DNA of 64,000 nucleotides from Diplonema japonicum. Lineage: Eukaryota > Protista > Euglenozoa: Diplonemea. The position numbers and the translations under genes were made by a program. Numbering within the stretch: the stretch's first letter is position 1; each line of letters opens with the position of its first letter. Shown one piece after another: positions 27,301-37,952 of this stretch. The stretch is taken from assembly GCA_964019335.1 (NCBI GenBank), contig OZ025697.1:310001-374000 (forward strand). Direction: 5' to 3'. Under the pieces are notes generated by a model, which saw nothing but the letters and a program-made list of their open reading frames with translations, ran no database searches and was not told where the DNA came from.

Positions 27301-30300
27301 AGTGCATTGCCATACTCGTCCAAAGCAGCGACAACTACCGGAACAAGGAAGTACTTATTGACCTCTTCTTCAGTAGGACATTTGGGTTGTTTGACAAATC
27401 GCAGACTGCTGAAGGTACCCGACGAGATGATGATCGGTTCGCAGATGGCGCTAACCCCGTGCAGAGCAGGCAGCCCAGACACAGAGGCACCTAAGACGAT
27501 GGTCTGCGCGACAATGTAATCAAGTGTATCGAAACGTGCCGTGCCCTCCACGACAGGTGCGTTTGCTGACAACGTGCCGCCGCCTGACTCAAGTGTAACG
27601 GTCGCAATGGACTCCGCAGTCCTGTATGCAATGTTCCCAAGAATGTCGGTGACCGCGACGGTCAAGCCGAATGGGCTGCCTGCCTTTGCAGATGTGGTGT
27701 CCAGCTCGCAAGTCAGTTTATCAGCATCGAGAGCATGAACAGATACATGACACGAACCCTTCAGCATCTTGTCATGCAGCAAGGTTTGGCATTTGATAAT
27801 GTACTCGCCCGTCTTTTCCAATATTAGGGCATCGTGTGTCGGTAGCACGGCAGAGCCCTCTTCCCACGACTCGCGAATGATCTGACCTTCGACCTCGCAG
27901 ATTATGCCACCCTCCGAGGCAGTGGCATGGTTCCCGTACTGATCAAGGAGGCTGGCCGCGAAGGAAATACTAGACCCGGCAGGCGCTGCTTTCGGAGGAC
28001 ACATCAGCTCCATGCTGACAGCAGGAGCAGACACGACATGTATGCCGGGACAATCAATGGGCACAGGGTCGTTGTTTGTAGCTCTTGCAAGCCAAGCCTC
28101 CGACGTCAGCGATGGGTCACGTGTTGTGACTTGCAACGTCACGAAGCCGCTACGTGTGAACTTTGCTTTGAATGTGAGGTACCCATTCTGATCAGTCACA
28201 GCTGCATATGACGATGTGAAAGTGTTTGCCTCAGTAACCCATGCATCGTCGATCTTTGGGAGGGGCGTACCATAGGCTATACGCAGATACGCTTTGAACT
28301 GACCACAGCTCGCGTGTCCTGGGCACGCGGGCTTATAGGCACCATTCTCCCACATTTCAATAGCAGCGGAAATTGTGAATTCTGAACCTGCCGTCACCTC
28401 GGTAGGGGCTACTAGACATGTCATGGCAAGCGAGCCGCTGACGACAATGCCCTGCTCGCCTTGGCATTCCGCAGTGATACCAGAGCTACCCTCAAGGATC
28501 ACCCTCAGTGCATTGGAGGCAGGCCTTTCAGCATCATAACTGACCTCTGCAAAGGAAACGATACCGTTCCTGTCGGGCTTGAGACCTGCCGCTGCGTCGT
28601 TCAAGTGGCCTTGACCACCAATGTAGCCTCCTGTGTTGGAGGCTTCTTTAATGGCAACACGGCAATCATCACAATCCGTAATGGGGTTCCCAAACCTGTC
28701 GAACAGCTGTCCGTGGAAAGCTCCCATTGAGCGCTTAAGGGTGGCCCTTGTGGTTTCTGTCTTGCATTCGATACGCGACCAGCTGCTGTGGTCGACGCAG
28801 ATAGTCGGTGATACCGCTTGCGTCAGACCCTGGCCCACTGCTACGATGTCAAAACACTCAGCTTTCTCGTGCGAGAGGCCGCAGAAGGTCGCTGCGCCCT
28901 CCGTCGTAAACAGCTCAGTCGTACCTTGCAAGTCTGTGCAGTTCTTGTCGCATTCTCGAGACTTCCAGTTGATCCCCAACGCTAAATGGAACCCCTTCGT
29001 TGTCAGCGTCCGTCTAGGACGGGTGCCCGCAACTGTGGAATGGTGTGTACCCTCGTGCTTTTCGTCGACACCGGACTCAATCCTTGCGTTCCTTGAGAGG
29101 ACACCGGTAATAAATTTCGAAGTTCTCTCGTCGCCGTTGTACTGTCCCATCAAGGCCCCTGTGACAGAGGCGGGGTAGGGTTCTGCAAGTGGCCGCAACT
29201 CGTTGAAGATGGATCCCGACTGCTGGGTCTGATACCCGTCGCCGGAGCCCCACAACGCAGCTGCCTTAGGGTTGGATGGGTCTACTTTGTTCCCTTCACT
29301 GTCACGTACCTCAACAGAAACACAGAACTCATCGCCCACCTTTAGTGGCGAGCCTTTTTCATCTGGAGAGTTTCCAACTGGCACTGAAGGTGTCGTGATT
29401 GCCAGACAGCAAGCATCACCAGGGAGGACCTCCACCTCCGGTGCTGACGAGGCTGGGATATCAAGACCTTTCACAGCTACCGTGACAACGATGAAATCAG
29501 GAGCAAGGCCGTAGGATAAGGAGTCGAAGGAAGCAAGGCCACCAGAAATGACAGATGTCGTGTCTCCCCTGAGTTTGCTTTTGCCCTTGGTCAAGGTGAG
29601 CATCACCGTGTAGCCGTCTGATGACATGCTGATGAGGTTTCCGTACCGATCCAAGACAGCAGCGACCACTCTGAAGGGGAGTCCGGCCTTTATCACTCGC
29701 TGCCCGTGAACTCTTCCCGTGACCTCGGGGCGGATGCTCGCTGGCGTACCTGACACGACAAATATAGGACCGCACAGCGCTTGTGCAAGCGGCTTCAGCC
29801 CAGTTGCGATCGGGTAGTCAGACGGGAGCTCCTCACCCAGCTCCTTGACCTTCTTGTTGCTCGTAACAGTCACAGTTGTGTCCTCAATGATATTCGGCAC
29901 CGGGAACACGATGCTATCAGATACAAGGCCTTTCGATCTTGCTACCAATATGTACCCATGCTCCTCCGCCTTTGTGATGACAAGTCCTTCAAAACGGACA
30001 GACGTCTCACCAGGGCTGGGCACAGCAGCGGGTGGGGATGACTCCCATGCGGCAATGCAAGGGAGCCCTTTCGTTTTGGGGCATGCATGAAGCGTTATGG
30101 GGTTGGTCCATCCTGAGGCGGAATAGCCGTTTTTGTCCTGCACCTCGACAACCTTGGAGAACTCAACGCCGACACCGATGACGAAGGGGATTGTCTTGCA
30201 GTCCTTGTCAACAAAGGAAAGGGCTGCGGGGGGGCCGCTCATGATGTTCAGCTCAACGATCTCGCTGGACACATTCATGGCACCGGTGTCGTCGACGGAG

Positions 30301-33300
30301 AAGCGGAACCTATACTGCCCTGGGGCTACCAGCCGCACATTAAACGTTACGTTTCCCCTCACTTCATCGTAGTTCATAGTGGTGACGCCCTCCTGTGGGG
30401 GGACCACCTGCTGCATCACAACACGTGAAGTAGAGTTGAAAGGGCAGCCACCATTCCTGCACCACACACCGCGTTCCTGAATGCCCACTGTGAACGACAC
30501 ACTGCCGCCAGACGCAGCAATGAGCGGATACCCTGCGACACCCACATTATACTTTCGGATGTAGACCGTGGTGCTGTGCTTCACGATAGGGTCGTACTGC
30601 AGGCTATGGAGGTCGAGGGCTTGCGTGAGTCGTTCTGAGTGTGACGCAGGGCACCCAAGGATGGAGTCCCAGCTGCGTTGCAGCGAGACGCGAAGGTAGG
30701 TTGCAGTGTCGTTAACGGGGTTGATCTCTGTTGGTGTGTACACAAGGTTAGACTCTACGTACTCCCCATGAACAAAGGCACGGTGCCCAGATTGCGAGAC
30801 AGTTCCCTCAGTGCTACACTCATCGTTCGCGCATAAGGTAATATCCACTTTCTCGTCTGACCATTTCGCAAGGTTCCCATACACATCCAGAGCTTGCACT
30901 GTCACAGGTGGGAACGGCTTCCCGATACCAACGTTTGTGGGCGTGTGCACCATCAGTCTGCTGACTGGACCTGCATGGAAGCACACTAGGTTGGTTGTGG
31001 AAGAGGAGAGGAGACCGGTTGCTACTGCAATTAGTGACAAGCACTCAGCCTTCCGGTACGCGAACGAGTACTCCAGAATAGCCTCGTCCTTGAAATGTGG
31101 TAAAATGCCTATTTCACTGATAGAAGCCGACGAGCCTTTTACCACCTTGATGTCCATCACGCTGGAGCCCTGGCTGCGAGCGTTCTTCGTACAATCCACC
31201 TCGACTTCTGCGAAGTCACATGTGTACACGTTGTTCTTCTCACCGCAAACCTGCTCTTTCCGTAGCTGGGGCACGCACTCCATGTTCCTCTCAGGTGTCC
31301 CTGCGGCCTTCTCGGAGTGGAGCTGCTTGACATCAGCAGTGTTCCCACCCTTGTCCAGCACACCTATGATCAGGGTCATTTTTTGACCCACAGCTGCCTC
31401 TCTGCAAATACTTTGCTCGTTGTTTGATAAACCGCTACAGGCAGACACGTACTCAGGTGCCATGTGCGCCATGCACGGCTGCTTGTTGATCACCAGCTTG
31501 TAAGGCGCCCCAGCATAGATGGTGAACGGCGTGCACGATACAGGAAGAGGGTCGACGGGTACAGATGACACTTGGTACACAGATAGCCACCTCTGGCCGT
31601 TGTTCTGTTTTCCGCACATTGTGTGCTCCGTTCCGGAGCAACGTGAACACGCCTTTGAATTCGCGTTGTAGTAGTAGCCCGCTTTGCACATACAGAAACC
31701 TGCTTCTCCACACTCCATATTGTGGGTGCAGCCTTTCTTGCAAGGTACATTTGTCATCTTCTCACCGCACGACGTTTTGGAGCAAGGATTCTCACAGAAC
31801 AGCTCCTTTACTGGCCCGTACCTAGGTTTGAAAGGTGTATCGCTGCACCAGCACGTAGTAGTTTGTGCACCCGACACTGTGGATCCAAGTGCAAAAATGG
31901 GCTTCCCATGGCTGATGCATTTTTGAAGGCACCAATCGGGTGTCAAGTCAGCGCTGTCTACACCAACTGTTTCGCTGTGAAGGTCGAAGGTCGCTTTGTG
32001 TGCATCGGAGCAACCTTCACACACAGGGACATCCAGGTAGCAGCCCAACTTCTTGTAGTGAGTTGATACTTTGGCACTGCTAATCTGGACTTCAAGGTTT
32101 CCAGCCTTTGTGTGCACGAGACCCTTCCATGACGCCACACCCCCTTCACCGATGGTCGCCGTGAGGGCACCAACAAGAGCACCACTGTGAGACTTCATGC
32201 TGATCTCAAGGGGAAACCCAGTCGCTGGAACCTTGTTGCCATACTCGTCGTGGATCCATGCAGACACGAGGAGCTTCTCCATCGCGATGGCTGAGTTCAG
32301 CGCGTGATTGCATGTGATGCCAGAAGCGATGCTGGGTACCACTTTGGTGGATGCTATAGTGACTCCCGGTGTGGTGCAGAGAGGACATGTGGGACATGAC
32401 ACACAAGTATCACACGTAACGGTTATCCTCGTCTGCCCGGCCTTCAGCAGCTTCGCCTTCAGCGTTGCGAGGCCGTTGCTTGTAGTGGCTGAGATGACGG
32501 GCGTTGTAGAGAAGGTTGAGTCCACCCAAGGATCGATCTTGGCATGGCGTATCTGAACCGTTGCCTTACAGTGTGCAGGGAACCTATTCGTAGGAGCGCT
32601 GCTTGCCATGGTCACGACATAAAGGGCGATCTCTTCGCCTGCTTGAGTGACAGGCGGCAGAGGACTGGGGATTGCAATGCTTGACGGAAGGGATGTAATT
32701 ACCCGTACCAACCTAGTCGTGCTGGCGATAGGGGAAGTTCCTGTAGCTGAAACTACGAAAAGCAGCGATAGGCAAGCTCCATTGTAGCCAGTGGGCCAGT
32801 CGAGCGACACTGCAAGAGGGCTGCCAGTGAGAGTAACTGCAGGGAACACTTCCACTCCAGAGACGCTGCTGCTTCCCCATACAGCGACAAGCTTCGGTTC
32901 TGAGCGACACATTTCATAGACTTCAACACGTGCTGCGATGGACGTAGGGAGGCTCGAGGACACTTCCACTGTAGATGCAGAGATCGTGATTTCATTGAAC
33001 GTGCTTATAATAGGACTGCCGTGAAGGATGCTGTTTTCCAACAGTTCTGCGCTGCCATCGTCTTGTATCGATTTGAATATTGCCAAAGACAGCTTCTGGC
33101 ACGTCGTCCTGATTTTGCAAGACCCTGTGAGGCCAGCACTCTTAGCCACCAGCGCGATCTCCTGAGAATCGCACTCACCGGGGTACCCAATCCCACTATG
33201 TTGGAAGGTGATTCCAGAGAAAGCTGAAACACCGCAACTCGACTGTTCCGAGACCTCGGATGAACTTTTGCATGAAAAGGAACCTGTACCGCTCTGCTTG

Positions 33301-36300
33301 AGGGCAAACACGACACCGCTCTTTTCCCATTCAGAGCTCGTCCCCAAGCCAGTTACCCTAATCACATAGGTGGCACCCTTCGTAACAGCGAGCGATACTT
33401 TTGCTGTCTTGCCATGGGAGCACCCGATGATCTTGCCTGAAGGGGCAGGGGTGAGGAAGTCTTTTAAGGAGACACCATCTAGGCCTGAAAAGGGGCCCAT
33501 CATGTGAAGAGCGAACTCCGGCGCGACAAATCTTGGATCAGAGCCCACTTCCACCACAACGTTTCCGCTGGTCATGGCAACAACGGTGAAGTAGTTGTCC
33601 ATGTCGAAGGTGCTGAACTGACCGTCGCCCTTGTAGCACACGCTGCCAGGGTTCTCTGTCTTCATTTTGCTCGTAAAAAGTACGGAGTTACCGCCACTCA
33701 AGCAGATGGGACGCAGGTCGGAGCCTTCCAACTGCGAGAAGGACAACGCATTATTCGCAGGAAACATGCTGGGTGCATTCATTGACGCACAGCAACACCC
33801 TGGCTTGTTCTCTTCGTACCTCACATCGCAAGCGCATGTACCAATAGAGCGTGCCAGTGGCGTGGAAAACAGACAGCCCGCCTTCTCGCAGTCTGCTTGA
33901 CTTGCACTGTAACTCTTGCACACGGTGTCGTCCGATGACCGAGACGACACGAGCGCAACACCTTGTGCTGTGATGCCGAGGCTCACCACCTGGTCATCAG
34001 CACACACGTTGTTCCCGAAGTTGTCAACGACGCTGAACAGCACCTCCATGTTCTGCGAGTACATGGTGCTGGGTGGGCACGTTCCTACCAAGGCGGTAGG
34101 CTTCCCTGCTTTGATATTCAGTTTCATGACGCCAGCGGTCAAGGGCGAAGACAACGCCCTCAACTGGGCAGTGCCTGTGTGAGTAGGGAGGGTCACTGTC
34201 ATGGTGCACTGGTTGATTTTGTATGATCTGCATGTGCCCACGATCATGGGCGGCGCACCCTCACTGTCAAGAATGACGTCGATCTGCTCCGACCATATCG
34301 AGAAGGCACCGCCGTCGTCCACTGCGTTGACGGTGAATGTGATAGTTTCGCCTGCTTCGAAGCTTCCACCGACGGTGCTGCCCACGCACAGAACGAGTTT
34401 CTTGGGTGGAAGGGTTTCGAAGTCCAGTGTCAAGGGAGCTGTACCAGTCCCTGAGCTTGTCACTGCCGCGTACACCTCTACCTTCGACCTGAGGTAGGAG
34501 CCGCATACGTTGTTCGTGTTGTATGTTAGCACTACCTGCGTGAAGGACGCGATGCCGTCAGCACCCACTGAGGCAGGAAGCGCGCTCAGTGTAGCATCCC
34601 CTGAAGCAGTCAGTACAGCCTCGCTCTCCGCAGCGTACCCACACCAAAAGGGGAGGAACGTGTCGCACGCCATTGCTTGGTACGGGTATGACGCGCTGGC
34701 ATTGAAAGCAATACACTTTCCATCATTGGAAGGGCCGTGGTCTTTCAAACCTGCGCAGCATGGCATTTTGCTGTTCCATTTCGCATTGAAGTGCACAGGC
34801 GAGACCCCGCTGTCCCACTCCACAACCGGCTGGTCCGGCCTGAAATCAGTCACTTGAAGGCCCACCCAGGCTACTCCTCCTGAGCGCTGAATGAGGTCCT
34901 CCATAGCGTCGTCTTCAACAGACATCAGACTACCTCCCCTGGCCCTGCAGATCGCTGAGGCAGTATCGCGGTTTTCTAAAGCAGGTACGTGTTCTGTGCA
35001 TATGCCATGCACGACGCTCCTACTGCTGCTGTCAAGCAACCATGGGCATGATGTTAGGTATTTCTCCTCAAGGCGTGCAGCGTTCAGCCAGTCGTCCATT
35101 ACCTGTGCTGTCAGACTGAACGGCTTCCCGTTCGTAACCGTCTGCTGTTCAGGCTTTTCTACAAAGCTAAACCTCGTTGGTTCACCCACGCTGACGGTGA
35201 TGCTCTGCTTCAGTACGTTGGAGCCCTTCGCCGACCAGATGAGCACCGTAAGTGCAGGCGACTCAGCGCGTGTGTGCTTAATGATGAATGCAGCATAGCC
35301 ATCAACAGTGTGCACGGCATAGGTCTGCTTGCAAGTACCAGAGTCCAGAGCTTCGTCGTTGCCTTCCTCAGCGTAACCGCTAGGGGGCGGTGCGTAGTGG
35401 GTGTGTTTGGTGAAAACGTCGCAAAAGGAAGGCTTGACACTGAGACATGAAGTCATGGCGTTGTAGCGACAAGCAGTAGCATCTGTGCAGATTCCTGTGC
35501 AGTCTCCTGAGCAAGCAGTGCAGGAGGCGTTGTTGGAGCAGTGCGTAAAACAGCTGTCAAGAGTGTTGAAGGTTGCTTGGATCTCGCCTGTGCATGTGCT
35601 GCCCTCCCGTCTTCTGTAGATGCCACTTGAGGCTTCGAATGCTGAGACATCACCAGAAGTGACGCACATCATGACAGGGACGCGCCCTGCGTAGAGGTCC
35701 CCATCGTCGGTTGTCACCTTTACGAAGAGATTTGTCTTCTGACCAGCATCCACTCTGAGAGGCTCCTTTTGTGTGCCATGCGGGGATGCCCAGTGCAGGA
35801 CAGGTGATTTCATTACTACTTTATCAGCGCAGGTAGTCAGTGGGTCAGGGCACTGCACGTTGCCCTGCAGTGTCCCCCCTCCTGTGAAGTAGCCCCAAGG
35901 CACTGGGATGGGCGTATCACCAGGGCCTATCAGCTTCCCCACATCGTCAACACTACAAGTCCGCACCCTGTTCCCAATGGTGATCTGGACGTCCCAAGAG
36001 AGTCCGGTAAAATCCTCGACGCACTGGTAAGGCAAGCAGTGCCCGGACTGTGTGGTCTTTGACCCTTTCATGTGTAGGTCACCAACGAAACAAGCGGAAG
36101 CCTCTGAGGCAATTGAGAACGGGTCACATTGGGCAGCATCACAGTTTTGTTTTAATGGGTTGAGACCGCCGTCCATCTTGCACGACTCTTGCGCATCCGC
36201 TGCACTCCACACCATGCAGTAGTCCATCACAGGGTCTGCACCGTAAGTCATCTGCGCCTCAGATTCGGACTGGAATAAAGGCCTCGTGCTGTCATAGGCG

Positions 36301-37664
36301 GACTTGAGGAGGTACTGAGGGGGGATAGAAGTCTCGAAAGTGTTGGCGTTACAAGAAGCTATGTAGCTGCGGTCAGGAGAGCAACGTTTACAGCCCGAGC
36401 CTCGGAGACATCCAAAGAGGTACTCCTCGTAGCACCCGTAAGTTCCGGAACCTGGCGACTGATGCCACTCCATGCATGACTTCTGGACGAAATCGCACCC
36501 AGCATGCCGCCCATAAGACAAGTACTCTGCGTGGTCGTAGTTTGCAAGGTAGTAACCAGTGTCCATGAGGGCTGCAAGGGTGAAGGCGCTGAGCCTTGCG
36601 TTCTTCTCGACAACGCTGTTCATTATCTCGCCTTTGAGAATCCTCTTCTCCCAGTGGATGCTAATCGTTGTGCTTTTCGAACGGCCGAATGTCCAATCTT
36701 CGAGTTCCACGCCAGGTAGCTCCCAAGCCCCGAAAAGAGGGCAGCTGAAGTGCTGCCTTGCGACATTCATGACGTGAGGGGTGGTTTGCATGGTGAGGCT
36801 GTTCTTGATGGTGTTGTTGACCTCAGGGAAGAAGGACGGAGAGGAGGATTGAGTGGGACGCTCGAAGGATTGGAAGACGCGTTCTACAGAGCGAGGCGTG
36901 AAAGAGGTGTAGTCGGCCGTCCATTGTTTGTAGAACGTGGTCGAGCCTGATGGCCGTGCGAGCGACGGGGTGATCCCGATGGCGTGTATGAGTTCGTGAA
37001 GGATGACCGTTGCTGTGTAAGGAACAGACACCACGTCTTCCAGCACCATAGAGGGGTTGATGTTGACGTGACCGATCACAGGACGGTGCGTGTTCGGAGC
37101 GAAGTTGCAAGGGTACCCAAAGCCGAGTTCCTCGGAGTCTGCTTGCATCGGCGTTGCAGTCACGAACAGTACAAAGTCTGTCACGATCCCGATAGTGTTG
37201 AGCTTGGTGTCCGTTAATGTGTAAGGACTCTTACACCCAACCTTTACAGGAGAGAGGACAGAGATAGTGTCTTCTTGTGATGTCACTTGAAGCACCGTCA
37301 GCATGGGTGTGATTCGCCTCACGGCACGCGACACTGCTTCTTGAAGCCGCAGCTTTTTTGTGTGAGTCAGAACGTCCTCATCCGTACACCGTTGGTTCCC
37401 TCCGTTCAAGGTGCTGACCTCTGCTCCTTGTGCGTTGCATGTGTATGCTGCGTCTTCTATTTTGTAGATCACGTGGATCCTCATAGGGGTTTGTATGCTC
37501 GTGTCGGGTGGTACAATGCTGCCGTGTGTGCCCAGTACCCTTGCCTCCACCTCCTCCGCGGTCCACCATAACCCGCTCTCCACGCCGTGCGTGCTTTGAT
37601 GCAGAACATCAGAGCTCACGCTTCCCGCAGCCGCAACGAGGGCCAGCCACAGTACGGCCCTCAT
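9336..37664 (-). CDS. Giant secreted leishmanolysin (peptidase M8)-headed multidomain adhesin/lectin protein, ~9,312 aa, 10 exons
   Basis: Start MRAVLWLALVAAAGSVSS (signal peptide) at 37664. Introns: 15347->15306 (42), 14144->14111 (34), 14036->13995 (42), 11714->11681 (34), 11500->11446 (55), 10962->10929 (34), 10820->10774 (47), 10568->10530 (39), 10430->10368 (63). All are GT..AG. 28329-390=27939 nt = 9313 codons including the stop. Each junction continues a recognisable motif. Confidence 0.88.
18890..19330 (-). other. LamG/ConA-like domain (a second one lies at ~14750-15260)
   Basis: FTLELWAKF...DGWHSYAATFEG...IFVDG...VYDIRVFGARL. Confidence 0.75.
22800..23070 (-). other. WSC carbohydrate-binding domain (a second, interrupted one lies at ~31570-32050)
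   Basis: VGCF...LTPQKCADACVAEGYDLIGLRGGKVCLCG...ECAMRCLG...EYCGG. Confidence 0.85.
25520..26580 (-). other. Kelch beta-propeller of the giant protein
   Basis: Repeated GG motifs: LVFGG, PRYGHAATTVDDKMLIFGG, KLFVFGG..PQNDLWVLD, MYVLGG, IVTFGG, YFFGG. Confidence 0.88.
34630..35050 (-). other. C-type lectin-like domain of the giant protein
   Basis: CPW...ASAICRARGGSLMSVED...AWVGL...WDSG...W...P...CIAF...ACDTFLPFWC. Confidence 0.8.
35800..37480 (-). other. Peptidase M8 (leishmanolysin/invadolysin-like) domain of the giant protein
   Basis: DFVLFVTA, HRPVIGHVNINP, HELIHAIG (HExxH at 36984-36998), GVELED, IHWEKR (third Zn ligand), EIM Met-turn, LSAFTLAALMDTGYY, GRHAGCDFV, DPVMDYC. Confidence 0.92.
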
Positions 37665-37952
37665 ATGGCCGCGTGTCCCGTAATTTTCTTTTCTTGTAAC
37701 CACTTTTTCTTTTACCCCTGTTTTTATATGATCTCTCTTTTTTCTTACCCTTTTGTGGGCTTTCGAATTAACAAGAAAAAACAAAAAAAATAAATATTGC
37801 GACCGTGTCAGGAACAAAGCAGAAGGAGGGGGATAGTGGTAAGTAATGTGATGATATGAGTTAAAGGGAGGTCTTTGTGAGACACCCTCCCGTTCTAACA
37901 AGAAAAAAAGAGAGAAAAATGCTGTAAAGCAAATCGAAAGCAGGTCCTAGTT

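Noticed and set aside
37665-37901. 79-aa N-terminal extension of the giant ORF, and similar poly-K/F extensions on other track ORFs
   Set aside because: These are low-complexity spacer or UTR sequence read from non-ATG starts. The ATG at 37664 begins a clear signal peptide.
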